A DNA stretch of 64,000 bases. Origin: Eledone cirrhosa. Taxonomy: Eukaryota. Shown piece after piece: positions 42,545-55,539 of the stretch; positions within the stretch are counted from its first letter, which is position 1; every line of letters starts with the position of its first letter. The DNA lies in NCBI GenBank assembly GCA_964016885.1, contig CAXHJY010000359.1, positions 1 through 64,000 on the forward strand, given 5' to 3'. The notes beneath the pieces are model-generated. The model saw only the letters and a program-made list of their open reading frames with translations. It did no database searches and had not been told where the DNA came from. The position numbers were made by a program, and so were the translations under genes.

Positions 42545-44090
42545 ACAGAGAGAAACCAGGGCCATAGAAAGGCAAAGGAGACTGCCTCGGTACACTGCAA
42601 GATTGGGCTCAGTTTTTTCTATAAAAAAGGCTCGTTGACCGAGGATCCTGAAGAGATAAGTGAGATTCTGAATGAACAGTACAAGTGTTTTCACACACCC
42701 AAATAAGCACATTCAAATAAAAAAGCCAGGGGAATTCTTTGATGCCACAGCACTACACAGAGAAATGGCGCCCATCAACCACGTAGATATAACGGAGGAA
42801 GATGTTATATCAGCCATAGAATGAGAGCAAGCTCAGCTGCTGGACCTGAACATACAAGCGTGCCTTAGCAAGATCACTGAAGATCCTCTTCAGAAGTTCT
42901 CTGGCTAGCGGTAAACTACCCAGAGAACTAAAAAGGCATAATATGCCCTATCCATAAAGGAAGAAGCAGAACAGAGGTAACAAATACTCTCGCCTAACTA
43001 TAGGTGACTTAAAAGACAGAGGCCAGACTGTTGCAGCCGACAGGCCCTCTCAAAGGAAACATCAATAACGAGTGGGGTTCCCCCAGCATACTGTCTTCGG
43101 ACCACTACTGTTTTTGGTGTCTTTCAGACATGCATACTGTAGTAGAACATCCCTCACTAGCTATGTTGATGACACAAAAGTAGCACAGGCAATCAAGAAC
43201 CCAGCTGATGCTACTCATTTACAAGATCTGGATGCCATATACAAAAGAACTGAGGACAACAAAATGCAATTTAATGCTGGAAAATTTCAAGCACTACGAT
43301 ATCAACCTGCTAACACGACAGTACAACAAAGCTACATCGGACCAGGAGGGATCGAAATCCCCATATCGAAATTGATACAGATATAGACATGAGCGACGAT
43401 GTATCGTTTCATTCACACATGAAAATTGCGACAATGTGCAGACGACTCGCTTGTTGAATCTTACAGGCTTTCAAGACAAGAGACCAAGAAACCATGTTGG
43501 TACTATGGAGGACAATTGTCCTAAGCCGACTGGACTATTGCTCCCAACTGTGGTCACCCCATAGTGTCAAACTAACCAGAGCTTGAAGCAATCCAACGAA
43601 GCTACACCAAGAGGATTTTCATTATGAAGGAGTGGGAGAGGCTAAAATAACTAAAATTCTACTCCTTGGAATGAAGACGGCAGAGGTATGCAGTGATACA
43701 CATATGGAAGATCCTTGAGGGACTAGCACCGAATTTTGGCATTCAGAGATTGACCAACCCTCGAACAGGACGTCACTGTGTGGTGTCAAAGGTTCCGTCT
43801 TTCACATTTAGAGTAAGGAGCAATATCACAATAGTCTGGGGTTCAAAGGCCCTCAACTCTTTAATAAGCTGCGAATAAAATTGAGACAGCTGCATACTGT
43901 TGAAGTGAGTTTTCAAGAAACATATTGATACTTTGCTATCCAGGATCCCAGATGAACCCACAGCACGGAATGAAGGTAACGTAAAAGCAGCAGAAGCGAA
44001 ATCCCTCCCACATCAATTCCCAGCCAACGCAAGCTGGATATAGAAAGTGAAGCAACAAGGATGGTGCCCCAGCATTGCTGGAACAGGTAA
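42545..44090 (+). mobile_element. CR1-group LINE (RT and 3' end), degraded
   Basis: LTEDPEEISEILNEQY, SAAGP, ICPIHKG, GFPQHTVFGPLLFL, SYVDDTKV, MQFNAGKF, RLDYCSQLWSP, IHIWKILEGLAPN. Absent from the paralogous site at about 28020-28060. Confidence 0.85.
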
Positions 44091-44189
44091 AATAGTAAGA
44101 GTATACGCAGTATATTTGTATGTTGAGCAGAAAGATGGAAAATTGTCTTAGTCTATTTTGACTTCTACTCCCTTGACCCTTTCTGGAAG

Positions 44190-44372
44190 GGTGTGGATTG
44201 GCAGTATCGGTAGAGGGTCGGACGCCATGCTTTGACGTATAGTTACGGCCCTTGCCATTCTGGGTTCAAATCCCGCCAAGGTTAACTTTGCCTTTCATCC
44301 TTACGGGGTCGATAAAATAAAGTACCAGTAATGCACTGGGTAATTGCTGGCCTTGTGCCTAACGTAGAAACA
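44190..44372 (+). mobile_element. Octopus-type SINE
   Basis: TTGGCAGTATCGGTAG..GGGTTCAAATCCCGCC..TTTGCCTTTCATCCTTACGGGGTCGATAAAATAAAGTACCAG..GGCCTTGTGCCTA. Confidence 0.8.
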
Positions 44373-46194
44373 ATTATTTAGATGTGGTATGTTTATATTT
44401 AGCATATTAGCATTGTTGATAGTGGAAACGGGAACCGTTATTGTAGTGTCACTCCAACCTATCAGTTCGTTCTACACGAATACATCTCTAGTAATAGACA
44501 GGTAGACGTAGCATGGTTGAATGGTTAAGAAATTTGTTTGACTATCATGAGGTCTCACTGTGTAGCATCTAGGGCAAGTGTCATTTATCAAAGCCTCTGC
44601 CTGACTCGGGCCTTTTGAGTGAAATTGGGTAGTCGGGAATTTTTTATAGTACCATCATATGGACTCTACCTGTTATTTAAAAGGAAGTTATCAATTTGAA
44701 TCTCTCTGCGAACTAAAATAACAATGACTGTGAAAAGCTCAACCATTTGTACGTTAATTTCACGTACTTGCTGTTCCGCTGACAGAATAACTGGAACAAT
44801 CACCGTTAAAATTGACGGAGATCCATTCCATTCCAGCAATAGTTAGCTGAACAATACACATTTGATCGACATATTTTATGTTGATTAAAATATTTCTTCT
44901 AGCTACGTCTAATTCATATTTGCTGTAAGGTATTTATAATTTAAAATATATGTATCCACCTCATTTAACAATATATATGTTTAACTGACTCTAGCATGTC
45001 TCCCTCGCTATCCTCCTCCCGGCACCACGAAGCTATGTCTACCTGAGGTTCTGCACTTCAGAAACAGATCATACAGACGGAAGTGACAACCTTTTGGTTG
45101 GTTGATTCATCTCATTACTACACACGCATACGTAAATATAATATTACGCAGTTAAGATTTTTTTTTTTTTTTTTTTTTTTTTGGCGTTAAATATTGGGCA
45201 GTGTTTTTTTTTTTTTAAAAGGCACTTCAGCGTGGAGGCTCTGTGTAAGGTGTAGTTTGTTGCGCAACTTGGTGTCTACCTCAAGCAGGTAGATTAATAC
45301 TGACAGCCTCATTGTAACCTCCTTTCAGAAACGTTATCATAAAAATATATTTAGCAAGAAGCCTTTATTTGTGAAATTTTCGAGACTTCCGTCATTTAGA
45401 AGTTTGCTTTTTAATCAAATGTGTAAAAAGAGATAAAATAAAAGTAAAAAATCAAAGAATGTTGTAAAATTTTTCACTTTTCTCTCGTGTTTTGATAAAA
45501 AAAATGTTAGTAGTTGAAGCATTTCCTTTTTAAAAAGCCAATCAGATTGCAGAAAAAAGGTCTTTCATGTTTTACCGAGTAAATTTGATAAAATTTATTT
45601 ATAAATATGCCATTTTCAAAACATTAACCGTTAGGCAGAAGAAAAGTTCCTCATACTTGATATTCTTTAAAATGAAATCTGTTATTTATTCTCCTTTCAA
45701 ATCTAAGTGATGACACGTCTTTTTAGATAAAATTCTTTTGACTAAAGCAGACGAACGTGCTTAGAAAGTCGTCTGGCATATTTGATTCAAGTGTTTTTTT
45801 TTTTCTTTGTATTTTCCCCCAGTTGAATAGCATTTAAAAATCACTTCCACCCCTAATGCATTTATATCGGTGAAATAGATTTAAAAATCTTGTTGGTAAG
45901 GCGAACCTTCGATATTGTAACCTGGCTTCGATTCTCGTTCAAACCATCTCATTTCACTCATATAAATGATGAAACCTATTACAAAATTTTGTTTGAGAAT
46001 CATTTGAATAAAATTTTCACTTGTGATTCTATGGATCCTATCTACAGTAAAAGAAAAGCGTGGAAAGATTGTGGAACTGAAACAACTCAAAATAAAACTT
46101 TGTCATCATTTGCCCTTCGTATTTTTCTATCGTTTTGAAAATTATCGGTCTTCTATTACATATTTCACAATGCTTCGTATTTACACTTTATTCT

Positions 46195-46320
46195 CAACAA
46201 TAATTGTTTCTACTTTTGGTACAAGGCCAACAATATCCCAGTGCTTTATTTTATCGACCCCGTAAGGATTAATGGCAAAGTTAACCTTGGCGGGATTTGA
46301 ACTCAGACCGTAAAGGGCCA
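46195..46320 (-). mobile_element. Octopus-type SINE, minus strand
   Basis: Reverse complement of GAGTTCAAATCCCGCCAAGGTTAACTTTGCC..GGGGTCGATAAAATAAAG..GGCCTTGTACC. Confidence 0.75.
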
Positions 46321-47821
46321 TAATTCTATGTTTGATTTGACGTCTATTAAGAAATTTAACAGTAAATTTTGTGTACAACTATTTTAAGTAAAAATTCTTG
46401 AATCGTATAGCTACTATAATCCTTTCCATTTCCGCTTATTTGAAATTACGACATTGAAACGATGAATCGATAAATGTAAAATTAAACCTTTGCTTAAATT
46501 TTACGTAGAACTATTTTATTGTTAGTTCTGTTTATCTTGTTGCTGTCTATCCCCCAAGTCATTTCTGATCTGACAGACGGAGGATTAAAGATTTATCCGG
46601 TCATTTTTTTTTCAGAAATTGTATCTAAAAGTACATCCGTATTTTTCTTATAAGATAAGCTTATTTCTCACAACTCGCAACTTGCCATTATCACTAGCAG
46701 GTTCAGCTCCTTCGAATAAGTTCTTTTGTCTACTCATTAAGTTCTCCATTAAACAATGTCTAATTTTCACTTTTATATAATTTAACTACAGTTCAATAAT
46801 CAAAACACGCACGATCGAATTGTACAGCTGAAAGATCGTTAGATCGAACCAAGGAAAGTTTCCCCTTTTCTTTTTTTCTCGCTATTGTTTCTAGCTCAAT
46901 AACAACGCACCGCCCGGCCCAAGAATGAAACCCACTATATTATGATAGTGAACCCAACATTCCTAACCAATAGGACACTTTTTTCAAAGTATGACATCTG
47001 TTTGCAATGAGTATCATTTTCCTTTTAGACTTAATATGGATATAAAATTTAATATGGATATAAAATTTAAAGTTAAAATGCAGTTACATCCTGGAAGAGT
47101 CATTTTAGTTACGAGTTTTAACTCGCATCGTGAGATGCTACGGTATGTATGGAATACCATGTTTGCGTTTGTCGTTGCATGGCGGTGTATGAGTTCCACT
47201 CTAATCAGTCTTTTAATGACTGAAATAACTCTTCCACAATGTAATTTCTTTAGTTTTAAGTCTCAGATACTCATTTGCCAAAAAAGTGCACCTAAAGTTA
47301 AATGAAACGGCGTAAAAAAAAAATAGTGAAGTAAGGATCAACAGTGCAGAAAAAATTAAAAGATCCCAAAATAAAGGGTAGATTTTCATTTTAAAATGAA
47401 AATTGTCCCTTTATTTTGGACCCTTTTTTTTATCGTTTTTTTTTTCGATTTTTCGTTTTTTTTTCGGTAAAACATTACCAGTAACGCACTCCCCACCCCT
47501 CAAAAAAAATTGTTGGCCTTCTGTCTAAATCAGAAACCATATATCTTGTTTATTGTTGTAGAACTATATCCTTATTTCATGTTTTATCAAATTTTATAAC
47601 CTCCTTGCTCCCAAATCTTCGTTTTATGTAACTTTGTTTTTCCAACGTCATATCTATTGTAACCCTTGTTTATTTACAGTATTCTATGTACAATCATTTG
47701 AGGTTAATAAAGAAATCATTAATTCATTATTTATATTATTGCTGATTCCCCACTTCAACCCTTAACATTTTTTTTTACTTGTTATAACCATCCTCTAACA
47801 TTATTTATTTGTTTTCACTGT

Positions 47822-47993
47822 ACCAGGGTCGGCTGAAAAGCATGCATTAATTTCAAATCTTAATTGCTTCTTTCCAGGGACTGTTGAAAAATAAACCTCA
47901 TTTGGTCATTCTCTGAGAGTATCATGCAAGATTTCACAGCTCTAGCATCACTCCTTCATAGTCAGCCTGTGAACTTTTCAGTCGACTCGCCTA
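47822..47993. mobile_element. Small mariner-like MITE or deletion derivative
   Basis: Imperfect TIRs TACCAGGGTCGGCTGAAAAG ... CTTTTCAGTCGACTCGCCTA around about 130 bp. Confidence 0.55.
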
Positions 47994-48019
47994 TAATAAT
48001 TGGGACTATTCCGGTCAAT

Positions 48020-48170
48020 AGGCGGTGAATTGGAAGTCGTTAGAACGTCGGATAGAATGCTTTATGGCATTCGTTCCGGCTTTCTACTGAGTTCAAATCA
48101 GTGCTCAACTTTGCCTTTCATCCTTTTGAAGTCGATAAAAAAGTACCAGTCTAATACTGGGGTGGATTCT
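48020..48170 (+). mobile_element. Octopus-type SINE (another degraded copy at 48530-48645)
   Basis: GGCGGTGAATTGG..CGTTAGAACGTCGG..GAGTTCAAAT..TTTGCCTTTCATCCTTTT..GTCGATAAAAAGTACCAG. Confidence 0.75.
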
Positions 48171-48656
48171 TCATTTCTCTTTCTCCATTTCCTATCTCTC
48201 AATTTCTTTCTCAGGAAGAAATCTGCTGTACTCAGGCCTGGAGAGAGATGGGCTCTGCCAGGCTTAAAATGCCCAAGAAACGCCATATGTCAATACGGCG
48301 ACTCTACAACTCCCTCAGGAGTTACAGGACAATACATACATACATTCTGGTCAATACTCTATCTTAACCCTGTTATTTTCCAAGTCTTTATTTGGATATT
48401 TTTTTCGACCTTCTTTATCGAAACGTTCTAATTATTTAACCAACCAAATTACATGAATTAGTGTACAAAAGCTGCCTTTTCTGATGGTGCACTGTAGGTA
48501 TGCAGTTCTTTCTGTGTAGAGCTGCACACTAGGCAGCGTTAGAACGTCGAATAGCTTTGCAGCAGGCGTTCCATATCTCCAAGTTCAGATCCTGTCGAGG
48601 TTAACGTTTATCCTTTTGAGGTCGATAAATAAAATACTAGTCCTGTACAGTTGAAT

Positions 48657-48945
48657 TTCCTTTCTTCCCTTTTTCGCTCTCGCTCGCTCGCTCGCTCTCT
48701 CGCTCTCTCGCTCTCTCGCTCTCTCGCTCTCTCGCTCTCTCTCTCCTCTCTCTCCTCTCTCCTCTCTCTCTCCTCTCTCCTCTCTCCTCTCTCTCTCCTC
48801 TTTCTCTTCTCTTCTCTCTTCTCTTCTCTCTTCTCTTCTCTCTTCTCTTCTCTCTTCTCTTCTCTCTTCTCTTCTCTCTTCTCTTCTCTCTCTCCCCTCT
48901 CTTCTCTTCTCTCTCTCCTCTCTCTTCTCTTCTCTCTCTCTCCCT
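48657..48945. repeat. Polypyrimidine compound microsatellite (CTCG)n/(CT)n/(CTCTT)n
   Basis: About 290 bp almost entirely C/T on the + strand. Confidence 0.95.
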
Positions 48946-49905
48946 GGAAATTATTTAGTATTTATTGAATGGTTACTTTTCCATCATGTTCTAAATCTTA
49001 AGTATTTAGACCATCTTCGTCCGTACATAAACTTACATAAAATATATCCCATGTATATACGCACATTCTTTATACCACCCCACACACGTACGTATACAAA
49101 TATATATATATTTCCATCCATCATTTAAAGTATAATAAAGTAAGAAGCGCGGGACTGCGTACGGTTTATAATTTTTTTTTTATTCCTTTAGTAAAATAAG
49201 TTGGATTACTTTGAATAAATAATGAATATTACATAATTTATCTAGTAAATTTCGTGGCTGTTCATTAAATATATTTTATTACTTATTTAAAGATTCACTT
49301 TAACATTTTCAAATGTCAACACTTCCGGTTAGCGTTCGTTTAAATAAATATTCATATATTTCTGTCACTAATTTTCTTCTAATGCAGTTTATATATATCG
49401 TTTTTTTAATTTTTTTTATTTTTTTTTATTTTTTAATGTATCATGGATTACGTTACTGATTACATAAAACAGTGTAACGCAGTCTTTGTTCAATTTCTGT
49501 GTATTTGTCAATTACGATTTTATTTGTATCATATCTACATGCATATATACTTGTGTATAATATCAATATACACACTATACATGCTAGTAGAAAACCACCC
49601 GAAGGGTGGTTTTTCTGCTAGTATACATAATAGATACATTTTCGGTGTAAAACCATTCAAACAGACACGTATATATATATCTATTGATATATCTAGATAT
49701 TTAGATATATTTATAGATCAATAAATATGTACATGCCATATTTATATGTATTAGGTATATTTAGATGAGCATGTAGTCGCGTCTTTTGGTTTTATAAGTT
49801 TACAGTATATTTATCGAATCGTATATTTTTGTATGTTATGATTGCTAAGATTTGCCTACTTAAATACATATGTATGTAAATATGAACATACATATCTCTC
49901 TACAC

Positions 49906-49961
<56 letters not shown>

Positions 49962-50143
49962 TATATAAACACGTAAGTTCATATATTTTTCATTCACATG
50001 TATGTGTAGGAACGAACGTATAATTCAACTTAATGTGATATTCGAGACATTCGTTTTTATTTGTGATTTAGTCTCGCATTAAGACACGCAATGCTATCAT
50101 TTTACGCATGCATGCATGTATACTTGTGCGTGCGTGTGTGTGC

Positions 50144-50144
<1 letters not shown>

Positions 50145-50185
<41 letters not shown>

Positions 50186-50221
50186 CATACATTTGTGTGT
50201 GTGTGCACAAAATCATACATT

Positions 50222-50265
<44 letters not shown>

Positions 50266-50537
50266 AAATCATACATTTGTGTATATATATATATATATAT
50301 AATATATATATATACACAAAATCATACATTTGTGTATATATATATAATATATATATATACACAATCATACATTTGTATATATATATATAATATATATATA
50401 TATACACAAAATCATACATTTGTATATATATAATATATATATACACAAAATCATACATTTGTATATATATAATATATATATATACACAAAATCATACATT
50501 TGTATATATAATATATATATACACAAAATCATACATT

Positions 50538-50585
<48 letters not shown>

Positions 50586-50727
50586 AAATCATACATTTGT
50601 GTGTGTGTATATATATATATATATACAAAATCATACATTTGTATATATATATATATATATATATATATACAAAATCATACATTTGTGTGTGTGTGTATAT
50701 ATATATATATATACAAAATCATACATT

Positions 50728-50767
<40 letters not shown>

Positions 50768-50781
50768 AAATCATACATTTG

Positions 50782-50819
<38 letters not shown>

Positions 50820-50863
50820 CATACATTTGTATATATATATATATATATAAAATCATACATTTG

Positions 50864-50901
<38 letters not shown>

Positions 50902-50915
50902 AAATCATACATTTG

Positions 50916-50953
<38 letters not shown>

Positions 50954-50967
50954 AAATCATACATTTG

Positions 50968-51005
<38 letters not shown>

Positions 51006-51021
51006 TAAAATCATACATTTG

Positions 51022-51059
<38 letters not shown>

Positions 51060-51073
51060 AAATCATACATTTG

Positions 51074-51111
<38 letters not shown>

Positions 51112-51125
51112 TAAAATCATACATT

Positions 51126-51167
<42 letters not shown>

Positions 51168-51177
51168 CATACATTTG

Positions 51178-51213
<36 letters not shown>

Positions 51214-51227
51214 AAATCATACATTTG

Positions 51228-51261
<34 letters not shown>

Positions 51262-51274
51262 AAATCATACATTT

Positions 51275-51319
<45 letters not shown>

Positions 51320-51378
51320 AAATCATACATTTGTATGTATATATATTATATATATATATATAAAAAATCATACATTTG

Positions 51379-51416
<38 letters not shown>

Positions 51417-51424
51417 CATACATT

Positions 51425-51466
<42 letters not shown>

Positions 51467-51474
51467 CATACATT

Positions 51475-51514
<40 letters not shown>

Positions 51515-51546
51515 CATACATATATATATATATAAAATCATACATT

Positions 51547-51580
<34 letters not shown>

Positions 51581-51594
51581 AAATCATACATTTG

Positions 51595-51632
<38 letters not shown>

Positions 51633-51670
51633 CATACATTTGTGTATATATATATACAAAATCATACATT

Positions 51671-51714
<44 letters not shown>

Positions 51715-51728
51715 CAAAATCATACATT

Positions 51729-51760
<32 letters not shown>

Positions 51761-51880
51761 CAAAATCATACATTTGTGTATATATATATATATATTTAAT
51801 ATATATATACAAAATCATACATTTGTGTGTATATATATATATATTTAATATATATACAAAATCATACATTTGTATGTATG

Positions 51881-51918
<38 letters not shown>

Positions 51919-51920
51919 AA
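50145..51920. repeat. Compound minisatellite: constant AAAATCATACATTTG core plus variable (TG)n(TA)n spacer
   Basis: Roughly 35-40 copies of the 15-mer (counted by eye), period about 30-60 bp. Confidence 0.95.
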
Positions 51921-52534
51921 TGTATGTGTGTGAACATATATTTATGTATATATGGATAATATATAATACATATATCTTTCTATGTACGTATACATATCTA
52001 TATATAAATGTAAGTATATTTATGTGTTATAGAGATAGATATTCTTATATCGATAGATATGTGTTTATATACTTACTGCCATATATTTATATATGCAGTT
52101 AATTCTTTATACACACATATATATATATATACTTACAGCCATATATATTTGCAGATATGCATATATATATACATATATGCGCACGCATGTACATACATAT
52201 TCACACGTACATGTAGACACAGATACATACATACATATACATACAGATGTGTATATGTATGCTTGCATCCATAATCTATGTATATAGATGTGTGTATATC
52301 ATAGACATAAACACTTGCAACCATATGTAAACATTATCTGAATTTAATTTCTCTAACCGTCCCTCTCCTGTTTATATTTTAAGTTTGAGCTTCAAAGTCT
52401 TTATGAATATTTTTCGATATTTAGTGTTAATCTATATATTTAAAAAAATATCTTTTCATATACATGTGTGTGTGTGCATGCATGTATAAACGATAATAGT
52501 GTCCGTTGTTGTCAGTCCGATGATAGGGCGTATG

Positions 52535-53670
52535 TCTTCGACAGGATGAGAATGTCAGATATGATCGACCCCATAAATGAAAGAACCAGAACTGAATACA
52601 TCAGAGTAAAGAAAATATGGTCACAAGAAAGAACTATCGGCGTATAACAAATACATTGCCCACAATACTTATGCTGTGCCAATCCTAACGCCAACATTTG
52701 GTCTGCTGAACGGGTCATTGCAAGAACTGAGATGGATGTAAGAACTCGCAAGCTTCTCACTGTTACTGGAAACTTTAACATCAATGGCGATGTTGATAGG
52801 CTATACTTCTCATGCAAGGAAGGTGGCCGGGGTCTAACATCCATATTAACATCATACGAGACCCGGACCGTAACATTGAAGCAACATCTTCAACAGAAGA
52901 AAAAGGTCAGCAACCATTAAAGCACAACTGGCCCGATATTGTACAGGCCAGTTGTGCTTTAATTTGGTTGCAGTTTTTATTTTCAGATTCCACCAATATT
53001 CCTTAGTGTCATCTATCTCAACATATTCCTCCTCGTTTGTTTTTAATTGGGTTTTCCTAAGTGCGTTCCAGATGGTTCTCGCTATCACATCGAGTCTCAT
53101 AGGAATGAGACGACATTCTTTCGCAATTGGTAACAATATAACGATTGGTAACGATCTTTATTTTACATGGCCATCAGTCGACAATAAATGTAGGCTATCC
53201 TCTTTTGGGTAGCAGATATTTGGTAGGGATTTCTTATTCCTGTATTGCATAGATATCCTTGAAGGTGGGATATCATAAACTGGTCAGAACTCTCTGCCAG
53301 GCTTTTTGAATGATTTATGGTATGTTTTTCGTCTCAGATACCCATGCACAACTTTCTCTGTAAATTGTTCCATTTTAGTGTTTGGGATCACACAATGAAA
53401 ACGTGATCTTTTGTAGAGATCAGCTGCCCATTTGATGTCAATATTGCAAGAAAAAGTACAAGAGATCTGCGGACCATTAATGAAGAGTTTGCAGATCTAG
53501 TATCTAAGGTGCACCTTCAGCTTCATACCCATCATTATTGGAGATACAGGTTATATACAAACCCATTTGGACCAACGTATAACTGAACTAGGATTTGTGG
53601 ATAAAGAGCGCAGTTCCCTAATTCATAGACTACAAATGACTGCGATAGCTGGCACCTTCAAAATTTGTCA
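52535..53670 (+). mobile_element. R4/Dong-like RLE non-LTR retrotransposon 3' fragment with an internal inversion
   Basis: Plus strand: MDVRTRKLLT..DVDRLYFSCKEGGRGL, KHNWPDIV, then VEISCPFDVNI..LQMTAIAGTFKI. The segment 52946-53380 reads on minus: HGY..RLDVIARTIWNAL..EYWWNLKIKTATKLKHNWP. Confidence 0.8.
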
Positions 53671-53861
53671 TCCCTTGAATGGCGAATGTTTTGCAATTTC
53701 TTTTCTTTTACAACCTTGCCACCAGGAAGATGGCTCGTCAAAAGTGTGTGTGTGTGTGTGTGTGTGTGTCGATTCTAATCAATTTTTATGCTCTTTAAAC
53801 TCAGACGAAATTTTGTCAAACATTAATAGGAAAAGTCGTGTGTGTATATGATGTACTTGTT

Positions 53862-53892
<31 letters not shown>

Positions 53893-54367
53893 TAACCCTC
53901 TAAAAAGGGAAATCATATCAAATCCCAGACTACCATTTGCCTCCATTATGGCCCAACCAAGCGCTCTTGCCATAACACCTTTTAAACTGCTTATCCTCAA
54001 GAACTATGCCTGTAGATAATATTCTTTCTTTCCCATTACCTTATGTTCCACATCACCCCCCCTTTTTTTTTCTTTTTTTCTTTCTACTTCAAAAACCTTG
54101 TTTGTAAATGATATATTTTTACTTTCCCATTTCCTTAACATGTTCAACATCACATTATTTTCTCTCCAGCATTTTATACCAATACAAATTCCCCCCTTTG
54201 ATAATGCATAAAATGCTAAGACAATTATTAAATAAATAAATAAATAAACTAATACCTTAACACTTCACAAAGTAAAAATATTTTGTTTTAAACATTTTCT
54301 AACCCAGAAAAAAAAGGATTAAGGGGGAGGAAAAAAAAATGTTCTTCCTAATAATCGTCTTTTTCTC

Positions 54368-54412
<45 letters not shown>

Positions 54413-54926
54413 TATATATATATATATTATACTTGGGGAGGGTCATATTTGTGCAATAATATTGCCAGAATTAATAACGGAACACACTCACTGTTTGGTT
54501 GGTTTTCGCTTCTGTGTCTTTTTATATCGGTTAATTGTAATAATATTGCCAGAATTATATATAAAGGAAAAGAAATCGTAAATGCAACTGGAGTCTTTAA
54601 GAATATTTGTTTCCTTTACCAGTTTCACAGTTCTTATGCTTTTCAAAAGTACAATTGAGATGGAGGGTTTGTGGTTAAAAACCACACTCTCTTTTTTCTT
54701 TTCTTTTCTTTTTTCTTTTCTTTTCTATTTGCTTTTTCTATTTGCTTTTTCTATTTTCTTTTTCTCTAAATATAGAGATAAGGTAGATATAATTTCTTGT
54801 AAACAAGAGACAGATGAGAACATTCAATACTATTTCCTCATAGTTCATTTATCCAAACAAAGGTAGTTAACAATATTTAACAATTATATATGTAAATCAT
54901 TACATTCTATGTAGATTGTTCAGTAG

Positions 54927-55079
54927 ATAACCAGATACCGAGATTTGACCGGCCGGTTGCCGTCGAGATACCCGGTTCCGGTGTCCTCGAAATCTGCTAC
55001 GGACTGGCGTTTTCTTACCACAAATCATGAGGGCCTCCCGCTTCAAGAAGGAACCTTGCGAGCTGGAATGACTTGTGCA
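54927..55079 (+). CDS. Candidate internal coding exon of an unidentified host gene (51 codons, phase 0-0)
   Basis: Non-repetitive GC-rich island in AT-rich DNA, bounded by ttgttcagtAG and GTatgt. Open frame ITRYRDLTGRLPSRYPVPVSSKSATDWRFLTTNHEGLPLQEGTLRAGMTCA; the other + frames contain stops. Protein not recognised. Confidence 0.45.
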
Positions 55080-55103
55080 GTATGTTTGTGTGTCTCTATA
55101 TGC

Positions 55104-55145
<42 letters not shown>

Positions 55146-55239
55146 GTGAGTGTGTATATATACATGCATGTATGCATATATATTTGTAGTAAGGTTGCTT
55201 GGATGCGTCCATGGGCGGTATGCCTGATTATTTGTTTTA

Positions 55240-55281
<42 letters not shown>

Positions 55282-55285
<4 letters not shown>

Positions 55286-55360
55286 AATATAGAAGAGATT
55301 CTACAGGACTAGAACTGTTTCATTCGTGAGAAATCATCAGTAATCTCTTCTATATTAAAA
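55282..55360 (-). ncRNA. Type I hammerhead ribozyme candidate (copy 1 of tandem pair)
   Basis: Minus strand: ttttaatatagaagagatta-CTGATGA-tttctcacgaat-GAAA-cag-ttctagtc-ctg-TA^-gaatctcttctatattaaaa. 19-bp stem I with an A:G mismatch next to the core; GTA cleavage triplet (cut 55302/55301). Confidence 0.75.
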
Positions 55361-55539
55361 CTTTTATACTCTATGTATTGAGTATTGGAATAACATACTA
55401 TATATATATATATTATATATATATAATATATATATATATATAGTAAGTTATTTATTATATATATATAGTAAGTTGAATCGGAGGTAACCACAGTAAGTAA
55501 GGTACTCAATACATAGAGTATAAGTTTTAAATATAGATG

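Noticed and set aside
48651-48968. Ser/Leu-rich 105-aa ORF
   Set aside because: Translation of the (CT)n microsatellite.
50145-51920. CRISPR-like repeat-spacer appearance
   Set aside because: Spacers are only (TA)/(TG) runs, the repeat is 15 bp, there are no cas genes and the context is eukaryotic.
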